64,000 nucleotides of DNA from the human T2T-CHM13v2.0 reference genome, Homo sapiens, in assembly GCF_009914755.1 (NCBI RefSeq), contig NC_060927.1. One strand, 5' to 3'. The notes beneath the pieces are model-generated. The model ran no database searches, was not told the DNA's origin, and was given only the letters and a program-made list of their open reading frames with translations. Of this stretch, positions 24,401 through 37,987 are shown in pieces (position 1 is the first letter of the stretch; every line of letters begins with the position of its first letter). The position numbers and the translations under genes were made by a program.

Positions 24401-25501
24401 CTTTGCAGAGACCCAGACAATAACTCTAAGAGTCAAAGGTAAGGTTATAGTAGTATCTTCAGCATAGTACTTTTGATTCAAATGTTCAAAAATAAAATCC
24501 CAAGAAATAATCAGATATTTAGTCTAAAGTCACACCTGGTGTGAACATATGATATAATCACCTGTAGGTTTTTCTCCTCCACTGTTGACTGTGGTTCTAG
24601 TTCAGTCTTATAGGGACATCTTGAACACACTGACTTTCCTTCTACGTGAAAACTTGTTTATTTGTAGGCAGTTTTTAAGTCCTCCCTCTTGTTGGGACTA
24701 GTCATCCCCATTATTTTCATAGAATGTGGTTTCTCACTCTTTCACTCTTTAGGAAGTCTGCTTCTCAAGTGCGTTTGTTTGCTAATGTCTTTAAAATGAG
24801 GCAATAAGAGAGTTAAAGGTAGGAAACATTAAAGGCATAAAGATCAGTTAAAGAACACAAGACCTTGGGATGAGGTGGATATCAATAAAAAAGAAAAAAA
24901 ATAAGGGCTTAATAGAAGAAGAAAGGAGATTACTAACAAAAAATACCCTTCGAATTTTGGCTTAGTGCTAGTCCAGCCAATGATACCTAAAATTAGTTTT
25001 ATGTTTCCATTTGTCGATCCCTGAGTCATGATCAGAATATAATTCTTTATCTGGTTTGATCTGAAGTTAGCAAAGGCTCTTGAAAAGGAAGTTCAAATGA
25101 GCTTTGTTCTTCTTAGTCTTAATGTCTGAAAGATTGTCCTGTTTGTTCAGTTTTATGTTCTTTACCTTAATGTCTGAAGGTATTTTACTAATTTGTTTTT
25201 TATCTTTTCTGGTTAGTGTAAAATTATAAGAGAATCGGAGGCTCTTGTTACATGAAAATGTGAACCATAGCAAAAAAATACTATCACTTAGTGATTTTCC
25301 TACTTGAAAATAACAGGTAAATACTACAAAAGCCATTTCAAGTTTGTTACCTAAGTTTTATTTAGCATACTTAATTTTTTATATTTTCAACATCAAACAT
25401 ATAATAAGGTAGATTTGAACTATTTTGGTATTCAAATCTAGTTTACATAAAGATTAGCTGCCCCTAATAGCCCATAAGTATGTGTTTGTGGGTAATGGTA
25501 T

Positions 25502-25829
25502 TGTTGCAGAACTTTTTCTTAGTTCAGCTGAAGATGGGGTCCTTGTCCCTCCCACACCACGAAAATTTAGGCTTGCAGACAACCGCGAAGGGTGTGTAAA
25601 GCAGGGTTTTATTGGATGAAAAGGAAAAAAAGGGGGAAACAAGGACTCTCACTAGGCAAGAGACCCTGCTACATCACTTTTCGCTTGCAGCTTGAATCCC
25701 AGCTTCCACACAGGAAGAGGAGGGGCCAGGCTCCGCCCTACTGCTAACCGCATGAACTTCCCAAGTCTCTACTTTAGCGGGCAGGCTGTCTGGATTTTCT
25801 CCAGGAGTCCCTCCCACCTGGCTGTCTCA
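25502..25829 (-). mobile_element. MER61A-type solo LTR
   Basis: tgttgcagaactttttcttagttcagct...cccacctggctgtctca, with TSD gtat on both sides. Confidence 0.85.
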
Positions 25830-26354
25830 GTATGTATCAATATGATTCTCTGGAAAATCACAGAGATGAAATCTCATATTAATTTCACAACAAGAATTTT
25901 CCCTAAGTTGAAAGAAGGAATATTAAGCTAGGCTGGCAGCAATGATTGAAGATGATAAAGTTTCTCAAGGAGGAATTGGAATTTTAGTTCTTTCAGAAGG
26001 TTACATAATTGAACAATAATCATGAGCAGTTGAAACAAGTGGAATTGTGTCTTCAATTAAAAAATTATGGAACCCTCTTCTCTGTTCCAGGAACTCTCTA
26101 CTCTCTTCCAGGTGCTACCCTAAGCATTGGGAACATAGAGATGAATACAAATGATTTTTAACCCATAAATATAATAGTCTACTGTGGAGTACAACAATTT
26201 CAGTCCAATTTGATAAGTGCAATGAATAGGAGAATTCAAGATGTCTTGAAAGCAAGGAAAAGTGTCTGCACTCCAGTGTATGTATATTGGGGCAGGTAAG
26301 GTTGAACAAGGCCCACTGTGAGTGTACGCACCCCAAACTACATGTAACAATGAT

Positions 26355-26475
26355 TGCAAGCTTCATGAGTACATGATTTTTTTATCTATTTTGTTTGCTA
26401 CTTTATCTCCAGTGCCTATAACAGTGAGTGCCTGGCATATATCAGTTGCTCAAAAAAATGCTGATGAAAAAAAAT
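26355..26475 (+). mobile_element. L2 3'-end fragment
   Basis: gcaagcttcatgag...tatctccagtgcctataacagtgagtgcctggcatat...gctcaa. Confidence 0.6.
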
Positions 26476-28136
26476 TAATTACTTTTCCTTTTGATGCTAC
26501 ACTATTAATTTATATAACTTAATTTACATATTCATATTACATACTTTGGGATCTATAGAGTTGTTCATTGGAACGGAGAAAATTATAAATATTTATACTA
26601 TCTTATGCAACCAATAACTTTTAGAAACATCACCTTATGAAGCAGAAAATATACTTGAGTTATTATTACTTTAGTCTCATAAGAGAATGCACTAATAAAT
26701 TATAAATACAAAACCAGAACTGCACAGGTTTCTTGGGGTCTACAGATAAGAGATTAACTAGACTCAGTTGTAAACACAGCTATGAGCTCCTCTTGCAATT
26801 ATAATTGCTGGACTCAGATCAGAGAGTTCACAAAAGCAAAAGAAAAACCAAAAGGCATTAGCCACTCAATTTGCTACTATTTTTTACATTTAATTGGTTG
26901 TTTTCTCTGTTTAGTGTTAATATAAAGAATAAAAGAGAGGAATTTGAAAATGTACAAAAGCTTTCCCCCTAAATGCCACGAGAATAAATAATTGGTGGAC
27001 ACTCTCATGATCTCTACTAAAACTAAGAGATTCCTAACAGAAATATTGGAGCCTCATTCAAGACGGCCTTGAAGAAATTTAAAGAAAACACAAAATCATC
27101 ACTGGGAAGCAGGAAAAGGCAAGATGGTCAAATAGCCTTTCCTTTGATAACTTCCTTATATTTAGTTTTTTGGGGGAACTATATATCTGAATTTTGAGAC
27201 TCCGTTTCTGCCTGAGATAGGCTGTCACGGTCTTGTAAAACTGTGGGTATTTTTTTTTTTTTCTTTTTGAGTTTAGACATTTCAAGATTTCTTCCTGCTT
27301 ACCAATGAGCTCACCTCTCTTTTCTCCTCATTATACCTTTATTTATACATGACATATATTCACTTTAAAAAGTATCAGAGAAAACTTGGAGAGTGGCCTT
27401 CTAGATAACATTTTCTAATTAAATGTGGAAATAGAATTTAAGGTGAAAGACATTCATCCAACATGCTCTTGGCGCTTTTGAATCTGAAGCTAGAATAACT
27501 GCAATCTTACCAGTCATATGCTTAGTAACACTGTCTATAAAATGAGCATAATAAATCATTTTACTGGTGCATATAGTGCTCTTCATTTAGAGAAAAAAAC
27601 TTTTATAATCTCATATGTTATACCGTGCCACTGATTCATTACATGACATTGTAGGGGCATGTAAAATGCATACTGAGTGAAATTTGGATTCATATTTTAT
27701 GATATTAAAATTCAGCTTTCCTGATTGCAAGATGTTAATTTCTAAGTTTTACAAAATTCTTGAGTTAAAGAATTTTAGGTATTTCATTTAAACAACAACA
27801 AAAAATTATACCACACATGCTATGACCTTAGTTAACTTGTAATTCCATCCTAAAAATTATTCAATGACTCATATAAATCCTTTCTGCTCAGATTCTACTT
27901 CACTGTCTAATTAGGGAACTCCTAACTATAGGTTATCTCACCCAAGACAATAAAAACAGCTTTTAACCCTTTTTTTTTCAATGCTTTAGTAAACCACATT
28001 TTTTTAGGCAAGCAAATAATTTATGTTGATTCTATGGTCCGTGATGAGTTTCTGTCTGTGTCAAAAGCCAAAAATGTACATGATGAAAAATTTCTCCTGA
28101 AGTGTGCAATTCTGTCAGACATCAAGATGATAGCTA

Positions 28137-28571
<435 letters not shown>

Positions 28572-29277
28572 CTAGCTCCTGGTCTTTCCTTTTTGTAATA
28601 TTTGCTTTTCTTGCCAATGGCCAAGGAAGGCAAACTGAACAACCAAGTGAGCTGGGAATTAGAATCAAATGGAGAAACTTCATTTTCATCAGCCTTCAAG
28701 CTCCCATTCTTCCTATTTCTCTGACTCAGTCCCAGGGTTTTCCTTTCTAAAATGTTTGTCATTCCTGACTTCAACTTTGATTAAAACTTAGTCTTTATCC
28801 TATGATTATTGTTTTCTTGTATGACTTGATAATTCAGTAGTTTGATTTCATTCGTCAGAATTTTAATATATCAAAAGCAAAAGTTAATAAAATTACTAAT
28901 TTTGCTAACAAATTTTTCATTCCTCATTTCTTTTCTTCTAAGTAAAAACTAACAAACTTTTAACATTAAGGCAAAATCAGATATTGAAACCATTGATTAC
29001 ATTCATTACATTTACTAATGGAGGTCAAAAAGATTTATTTCTGAAATACACAGAATATTTTATTGGAGCACCATTTCTTATTCAAGGACAACGAAATTTT
29101 GAGTAAAAACATCCTACCCCAAAGATATATGTTGAAAGCTGCATGCTTCAATATGTTTAGATATTTAACACTGGGAGACACAGCACCTTAATCTCCAGCA
29201 ATACTGATAAACAAAATTTAACTTGTAAAAAAGAAGTATACTGAAATCACCTAATGTGTATGTCTTTCTCTAGAAAT

Positions 29278-29579
29278 AGTTGGGTGCAGTGGCTCATGCC
29301 TGTAATCCCAGCACTTTGGGAAGCCGAGGCGGGCAGATCATTTAAGGTCAGGAGTCTGAGACCAGCCTGGCCAACATGGTGAAACCCCATCTCTACTAAA
29401 AATACAAAAATTAGCCAGGCGTCGTGGTGGGCACCTGTAATCCCAGCTACTCAGGAGGCTGAGGCACAAGAATCGCTTGAACCCAGAAGGCAGTGGTTGC
29501 AGTGAGCCAAGATTGCTCCACTGCACTCCAGCCTGGACTATACAGCAAGATTCAGTCTCCAAAAAAAAAAAAAAAAAAA
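29278..29579 (+). mobile_element. AluS
   Basis: Full dimer with poly-A tail. Confidence 0.92.
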
Positions 29580-30054
29580 GAGTTAAAACCTGATTCTATT
29601 ATCTTCTTAGGGGAAAGACTATATATGTTTCTACTTCTCTCACCTTTAAAATATCTAAAACTTCTTCAAATACTTGTATTGACTTGAACTGACTTTTCAT
29701 TTGTGAATGGCTAATTATGTGCAGAAGACCTTCCTGTATCTCTGAAATGCCCCATTGTGGTTGTCAAGGGTCAGTCTCAGTTCTTGTTTTGGTTTTCTTT
29801 GCTGTGGTTGCTGTAGGTTAGTTTATGGAGTACTTTTGATTTGGCTTTATCAAGTCATAAAGAAAGAAAACCAGAGAGAATTTAGAAAGAACTTCTTAAA
29901 AACTACTTGCCCACATGGTAAATTCATTACGTTTAAGAGCTGGAAGTGTCTGTGGGATCTTATCTTGTCCAACCCCTTGATTTTTATAAATAATTAAATT
30001 CAGAGGCACTGTGACTTACCTCGGGATACATGGCTAGTTAAAATTGCAAATAGA

Positions 30055-30353
30055 GGCCAGGTTCGGTGGCTCGCACCTGTAATCCCAGCACTTTGGAAGA
30101 CTGAGTTGGGCAGATCACTTGAAGTCAGGAGTTTGAGACCGGCCTGGCCAACATGGTGAAACCCTGTCTCTACTAAAAATACAAAAATTAGCAGGTGAGG
30201 TGGTGCGTGCCTTTAATGTCAGCTACTCAGGAGGCTGACACACGAGAATCGCTTGAACCCGGGATGTGGAGGTTGCAGTGAGCCAAGATTGAGCCACTGC
30301 ACTCTAGCCTGGGTGACAGAGTGAGAATCTGTCTCAAAAACAAACAAACAAAC
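30055..30353 (+). mobile_element. AluS (Sz/Sx-like) within a MIR
   Basis: Full dimer, (CAAA)n tail, TSD attgcaaataga on both sides. Confidence 0.92.
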
Positions 30354-30883
30354 AGATTGCAAATAGAAAAGTGATTCCTAGCATGTAGTTCAGAAAACTT
30401 CCTATTATTCCTACGCCATTTCTCAGATGACAGTTTTGCTTTTTTGTTTTGTATTTTAGTAAACCTAATAAACACCAGTTTGAACACTGTAAAGCAGTTT
30501 CTAATATGTAGAAAGCCTTTGATTTCCATTCTATTTACTTTACTATATTTAGCAATAAAAAGTCTGTTTCAGTATTTATTTTTGCCTAATCATGGCTATA
30601 TTACACATGCCTCAAAAATTAGGTTTTTAAAACACTCTATAAAAGTAGAATTAACATGAATCTTGATATAGAATAATTTGATTTTTATGTCATATGTGAA
30701 ATATTTTTCGTATTTATCAATCAAATTAGGGATAGCAATATAGGGATAGCAATCAAATTAGGGAAAGCAATAAATAAGAATAATTGGTTCTTCAGAGAGC
30801 GCATTTGAAAGTCAATGCTGAATGTCATTTTAAATAAAATACAGTAATTCATGTGTATTAAAAAAAAAACAAAACTGAAATGG

Positions 30884-31178
30884 GGTCAGGGCAGTGTCTC
30901 ATGCCTGTAATCCCAGCACTTTGAGAGGCCGAAGTGAGCAGATCACTTGACGTCAGGAGTTCGAGACCAGCCTGGGCAATGTGATGAAAACCTGTCTCTT
31001 CTAAAAATACAAAAATTAGCCAGGCATGGCAGCACGTGCTTGTAGTCCCAGTTTTTGGGGAGGCTGAGGTGGGAGAATAACCTGAGCCTGGGGAGTAGAG
31101 GCTGCAGTGAGTCAACATTATGCCACTGCACTCCAGCCCGGGCAACAGAGTGAGACCTTGTCTCAAAAAGAAAAGAAA
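30884..31178 (+). mobile_element. AluJ-like
   Basis: More diverged dimer with gaggctgcagtgag and gagaccttgtctc. TSD-like aaa-tgaaatg. Confidence 0.85.
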
Positions 31179-31278
31179 AATGAAATGTATATATGGATTC
31201 ATATACACAATATTTAATTAAGTTCAAAATGTGCTAAGCACACAATTACATTTAGTCTAAAAGAGTATTTAAAAGTTG

Positions 31279-31341
31279 CTATTCAAACTATTTACTAGAT
31301 TTCTTCTTTTAACTATTCAAACTATTTACTAGATTTCTTCT
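31279..31341. repeat. Perfect 29-bp direct duplication with a 5-bp spacer
   Basis: ctattcaaactatttactagatttcttct at 31279-31307 and 31313-31341. Confidence 0.95.
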
Positions 31342-32993
31342 GTTCATTTTAAAAATGAACAAGTAAATTTTTTAATATATAGAGAAACAATGCATAACAA
31401 AAGATATATTCATAACCCAAGCGAATGTTTACTCATGATTTGGACTATAATAAATTGACAATCTATTTGTTAATATTTACTGATAATGAGATATTAGTTT
31501 CTTTGGGCATGTGAATTCTTCTTTGTCAAAAGTCTTCTTTCATGTAGATGTAATCTGAAAGTTCTTTTTGGTTGAGGAAAGTAGGGAAGCATAATAAAAG
31601 GCAAAATGCCTCTCAAAGGAAAAGATGCAGTGGTGCCAACTTGTTGATATCTTTTTCCCAGTAAGCTAAGGTAAAGAAGCCAATGCTCAGGTTAGTTTGC
31701 AGGACTTATATTGAACATTTTTCTCCTTCCAGGTCTATTTCTCTGAGAGAAGATGAGATTTTTGATGGCATATATATTATGATTCCAGAATATATTTTAT
31801 TCTTAAGTTAAAATTTTTGCTTGTTATTTTTTGTGTTATGTAATCAGACATGATGATTCTGGAAAAATAGAACCTGTATACCTTCACTATATCACATTTC
31901 CTTTTCAGAATTTTTTCTGGTCCAAGAGATCATTATATATCCTCTCGTCTAACTGCTGCTCTGCCCTCTTAGTCCTCAGAAAAAACAACTATAACAACTT
32001 GTGCCTGATTTTCTTTTAATACTAGAGAGAGAGAGGAATTTTATGTAAATTATTTACTTAAACACTTTTTATTCTACTGGGAAGCTTTTCTTGGCTCACT
32101 AACAAACAGTAAGAGTCAACAAAATATAAGGAAAATATGAAGGTTTTAGATTTGAATTTTTCAGATTTCAGATTTCTCTTCCTCTTAGTTATCTAACAGT
32201 AATTTTCAATGAGTATCTATTTACTCATTGGCTTTCATGAATTTATTATAAAATCAAATAAGAATTTCATATAAATACAATAGTGTTTTCTTACCAACAG
32301 TTGTACTCACCATTGGAATACCATATTAAGTGGTAAGCTGAAATTAAACAACTTATCATAAATATTTTAAATCTTATGTTTTAGATATTTTAAGGCTCAA
32401 TGAACAATAGCGGGCCCAGACCCATGGTGTCACATAGATTTAAAAGCTAAATTCAAGTTTAGTTTACAAAGAGAAAGCAGACTCAAACTTAAACTCAAAT
32501 GTATTTTACAATAGAAAGAGAAGTTTATATAAGTACACTGATTTTCAATTCAATAGTTCAAATAATACTCAAGGAGGACAGAATGGATGTCACAAGAATT
32601 CCTCCAATAAAAACATTCATTTGTCTTTTATTCTTTCTTTAAGATTTTTCTTCTTAGCAATTGTGCATTATTATCTCTATAACTGTTATTTCCTTACTTG
32701 TGACTCCCAGGCCTATTTAAACTGTGGTTCTAGAAATTTAAATGCTAATTATTTTGTTCAATCTTCTTCATTTGGTGCCTCATTATTACCTCCAATGAAA
32801 CATGCCTAAAATTGTCATCTACTTCCTCTCCTAATGTCTCTATCCATAGAAGTCTCATAAACAGTCTCTTGATGCCAAAACTTTAAACTTCAGCGTTATC
32901 CAGATATCAATCCACTTCTCAGTATCTAGTCAATAAACGATTTCTGGTGAATCCTCTTTCAAAAGGTCTATCAATCACTTCTTCCAAGTACCT

Positions 32994-33376
32994 GTCTTAG
33001 GTTGATTTTCCTAGAAATGGAATATGAGGCAACAATTTGGGCACATGTAATTCATGGTGGCAGTGTTGTCATGAGATAGGGAGTGAAGGAAGCAGATACA
33101 GCAGGGGAAGATCCCATGGGGGCCTGTGGAGCATAAATTGTGGCAGAGTTGGCCCCATCCTGAGGCAAGGGGCCTGCCTTCTGTATTTCCACATCAGTCA
33201 TTGGTTCTGTGGAAAGGCATGTAACCTCCTGGGCAAAGAAGCTCCCATTTTTTCAAGAGCAATCATCTATAAAAGGCAGCAGCTATGAGTCTTTTGTGCC
33301 AACACTCACAGGAGCTGGAGGATGAGTATTCCAGTCCTCTAAGGTGGATCTCGAAGGAGCACCAACAGTGTACTCA
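32994..33376 (-). mobile_element. LTR16/LTR33-type ERVL solo LTR
   Basis: Starts tgtcttaggttg...; ends ...gccaacactcacaggagctggaggatgag...ggatct...gcaccaacag. Confidence 0.6.
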
Positions 33377-33749
33377 AGTCAAATTTTGGTTATACTATCA
33401 TATATTTTACTCAAAACTTTGCCCTTTACTGATATTGGAGAAATTCTGAGAGGATTAGTAATGATGTTAAAGGCCATTTCTCCAAATATTCTTCCTAGTA
33501 TATTCACAAATTACATTTCAATAAATATTTATAAAATCTATTTCACTGTTATAATATGTATACAATTATCATCTACAACCATAAATAATTTTAATGATAT
33601 TTTAGATGTGATAGAATAATTTACTCTCTGAATTCTGATTTTTAGCAGGTAACCATTATTTAATGCACTCAAATGCAGACCAGATGCATGCATATACAGA
33701 TGTCCAAACAAGCACATGTACACACAAGCTGGTTTGGACACAAACATTT

Positions 33750-34190
33750 TGGGGTTTCCTGCATGGCCATCAAGAGAGTCAGTAAAGCAAGATGGAAGGG
33801 CCAGGCAGAATTTATGTTCCGAGGCTCTTCCCATCTTGCATTGATCAAAGTTTGGGCTCTGTGGGCTAACCTTTGTTCAATGTAAGATGGGAACAGCCTA
33901 GGAACATAAATCTTTTCAGTCTTATTTTAGTGGGCCATATTAATGGACATTACTTCCTTGTACCCCCAGGAAAGTACTGTGGGCCAAGTAAGCATGCCTG
34001 CTGAGTCACTTGCTGGGTCTCTCTGGGGATCCTTGTGAAACCATGCCAAATGTGGTAATGCATCACATTACATTGCTTTTTAATACTTTCTTTGCCTCAC
34101 TTTCCTTTTATCCTTATCCTTACTGCAGCGGGGGTGCTCTTCCCAAATAAAGAATAAAAATTTTATCCTTGCTTCAAATTCTGGTTTCTT
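33750..34190 (+). mobile_element. Old ERVL-type LTR fragment (LTR41/LTR50-like)
   Basis: ctcactttccttt...cttcccaaataaag...ttgcttcaaattctggtttc terminus. Boundaries uncertain. Confidence 0.4.
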
Positions 34191-34479
34191 TTTCTGCTAT
34201 TCCAAGTGTTGCTTCACAATCAATTTCACAATGGAAATCAATACACTGCTTCTTTCATTGAGAAATTCTTACCTTGAAAAAATCTACTGAAATAAACAGG
34301 GTGCTCAGTGTCATAGTTGACTTATATTCTTGTATAAGTTCCTTATCCCATTGTGGACTGATAAAAAACTGTTTATCAATCAGCTAACAGTCTGTGGGTT
34401 ACTCTTTGAGAAGCTGTTTTAGAAGAACAAGGCTGAGACACACAGCATAATGAGATGTCTCTATAATCTATTTCCTCTC

Positions 34480-34932
34480 TCTTTTCTCTTATAATGACAA
34501 TGACTAATAACAATCTGGAAAGATTTGTGATGCTTTGACAAATAGAATTGGGTAGAAGTGATACTGTGTTCCTTCCCAAGGCTGGCTCATACCAGTTTTT
34601 GCATTTACAACACCACCCAGCTGTGAGAAAAACAAGCTATGAAAAAAGAATATATCCATGTGCTCTGCACAGTAGTACTAGACTTCCAGTCATCCCAGGC
34701 CAGGTGCCAGATAAGAAAATGAGCAAGTCTTTAGATGATTCCACTTGTGCTCATACATTCATTCTTAGACTTTGAGTCTACTCAGACCCAACAAAGTAAG
34801 GCAAAGTCAAGCCTTTCCTGTTGTACTCTGTTCGAACTACTGACCACTGAGTCTGTGAGCAAAATAAAGTTGTTGTTTTAAGAGGCTAAATTTTAGAGTA
34901 ATTTGTTAGGCAACAATACTAACTGGAAAACA
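34480..34932 (+). mobile_element. MLT1G/H-type LTR
   Basis: gctttgacaaatagaat...agaagtgat...; gtgagcaaaataaagttgttgttttaag...atttgttaggcaacaata-taactggaa. Confidence 0.65.
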
Positions 34933-35340
34933 AATGATGACTTTTTAAAGTTCTAAAACTTTTTTTCACTTAGATGAATTATTAATCCTACTAAATCAAT
35001 CAGCAAAGAACGCTTCTTAATGGTTTCTATTAACTAGTAAAGTAAAAACTATATAAACTAATGACCTCTAATATGCATAGTTACTGCAAATGCTTCCATT
35101 GCATTCATGGAAGCATTCCCCCCCAGTAGGATTGGGGAAAATGGAATATTTACCTATCCAAAAACATTCATGAAAAGAATACCCTACACCCAATTTTATA
35201 TTCTAAGAAACTTATAATTCTGTCAGTTTCTTTCAAGAGAAAATGGGTTAAAATCCACAGCAGCAGAAAGGACATTTGGGAAAGGTAAAAATGTTCTAAA
35301 CTAACACCTTTACATTTCAAGCAGTTTGTATCCAACCTAC

Positions 35341-36172
35341 TGATAAAAGGAGTGCTGGGAATGGAAGACTGTGGTCCCTTTAAATGACACAGAAAGGGGG
35401 AAGGGAAGTGCTGGGTAGAGGAAGGGTGTAGTCCCTGGCTAGGGCTCCACCCCCACGGACCAAGATAAGTACAGTCACTCCTGCCTTCATGCCCAAATGT
35501 CGCCTTTCCCAAGACCACTCTGGCCTGCCACACTCCCATCCTGTGCCTATAAAATCCTGAGACCCTAGCGGGCAAACACACAAGCAGCTGAATGTCGTGA
35601 AAAACACATTGGCAGAAGAAGACACAACTGGTGGTCATCAAGAGCATGCTGGCAAAAGAACATGCCAACAGGCACTAGCAGCCTGGCAGGCCATAACCCA
35701 GGGAGCAAGGCAGTTTGGTGAGGGCAGTCGGAGGAGACCTGGGGCCGCTGAGCTGCCCAATTCCAGGAGAAATTATCTCCCTTCTGGCTCCCCAGTCAGC
35801 GGAGAGCTACTTCCACTCAGTTAAACTTTGCCCTGGTTCTCCAAGTGCACGTGTGATCCTATTCTTTCCATACACCAAGGCAAAAACCCAGGATACAGAA
35901 AGCCCTCTGTCATTGAGACAAGGTAGAGGGCCTAATTGAGCTGGTTCACACAAGCTGCCTATACACTGCAAACTAAAAGAGTACCCTGTAGCACATGCCC
36001 ACTGGAGCTTCAGTTGTAAACATTCACCCCTAGTCACTGCCATTGGGTCAGAGCCCCTTAGCCTGCCCATCTGTATGCTCTTCTAGAGGTTTAAGCAGCA
36101 GGGCACTAAAAAAGCAAGCCACACCCCCATCACATGCCCTGCGAGGGGGACAAGGGAGCCTCTCCTGTTTCA
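35341..36172 (+). mobile_element. LTR1-family ERV1 solo LTR
   Basis: tgata...gtgctgggaa...gtggtccctttaaatga...gggctccacccccacggac...cctataaa...cctgtttca, with TSD ctac on both sides. Confidence 0.88.
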
Positions 36173-37954
36173 CTACTGGGCTACATCTGGGCTTAAATAA
36201 TTATTGTTCAAATTGACACTTGGGAAAATAAAATCATTACTCTAACCATGTCCTTTAGGATAAATTACAAATTTTATTACATTTTTTCTATATAAAATTA
36301 GCTCCAACTACATTTTTAATTAAACCTATATTTTAAATATTTAGTAAATGGCATTTAATAATTATACATTGATATGCAAATGATTACTTCCTACATTAGG
36401 CACACTTTTATCCTTTCAATAGGTTAAGCATAGTCTGTAATTGGTAGTCCAAAAAGATTTACAGTTGATGTGTAATTAATTTTATAGAGAGTTCATTGTG
36501 GAAAGAGACTTGCTTTTACCTATCTGAATCTGAGTTCTTTCCTCTACATTTTAATCAACTTAATATGACCAAATATTTCTATTGCTATTATCTTATTTTA
36601 AAGCATTAGCACATCATTGAATTTATGCAAGTAAAATTGTCCCTGTTTGCAGATGGCATAATCATATATATAAAACACCCTGAAGACTCCACCAAAAAGC
36701 TGTGAGAACTAATACATGAATTAAGTAAAGTTGCAGGATACGAAGTCAATACACAAAACTCAGTAGTATTTCAATACACCAATAATAGTACTATTTGAAA
36801 AAAAATAAAAATTCATTTAAAATAGTGTAAAAAATAAGATAAAATACCTAGAAATAAGCATAACCAAGGAAGTGAAAGAGCTCTACAACAAAAACTATGA
36901 GACATTGATAAAACAAATTGAAGAGAATACAAATAAATTGTGAGATATCCCATGTTCATGGATTGAAAGAATTAATATTGCTAAAATGTCCATATTACCC
37001 AAAACAATCTACAGAGTCAATACAATCCCTAACAAAACACCAATGGCATTCTTTACAGAAATAGAAAAAACAATCTTAAAGTGTATATAAAATGCAAAAT
37101 ACCCCAGATAGCAAAAATAATCTTGAGCAAAAAAAATAAAGTTAGAGACATCATACTACCTGACTTTAAAATATACTACAAAGCTATAGTAAACAAAACA
37201 GCATGCTACTGGCATAAAAACAGATGCATAGACCAATGGAATAGAATAGAGAATCCAGAAATAATTCCATGCATTTATAGCCAATTGATTTTCAAAAAAG
37301 TGCCAAGAACACACACTGAAGAAAGAACAGTCTCTTCAATAAATAATGTTGGGAAAACTGAATAATTATTTGCAGAAGAATGAAACAAGACCTCTACCTC
37401 TCACTGTATACAAAAATCAACTCAAAGTAGATTAATGACTTAAATGTCAGAAGTAAAACTATGAAACTACAAGAAGAAAACATAGGGTAAATTCTCCTTG
37501 AAATTTGAGCAAAAATTTTTTTACTCAGATCTCAAAAGACCACATAACAAAAGCAAAAATAGGCTAATGGGATTACATCAAACTAACAAGCTTCTACACA
37601 ACGAAGAAAACAATCAGTAGAGTGAGGAGACAACCTACAGAATGGGAGATAATATCTGCAAACTAGGCATCTGACAAGGATTTAAAATTCAGAATATATA
37701 AGAAACTAAAAAACTCAATAGCAAAAAATCAAATACTCTGATATAAAAATATGAAAAAGACCTGAATAGATATTTCCTAAAAGAAAACATACAAATGACC
37801 AACAGGTATATAAACAAATGCTCAACAGTACTAATGGTCAGGGAAATGCAAATCAAAGCCACAACAAAACATCATCTCACCTTAGTCAGAATGTCTACTA
37901 TCAAAAAGACAAAAAATAACAAATGCTGACTAGGATTTGAACACAGGGAAACTT

Positions 37955-37985
<31 letters not shown>

Positions 37986-37987
37986 GT
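37955..37987. repeat. (TG)n microsatellite at the position of the pseudogene poly-A tail
   Basis: Read directly from the sequence. Confidence 0.95.
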
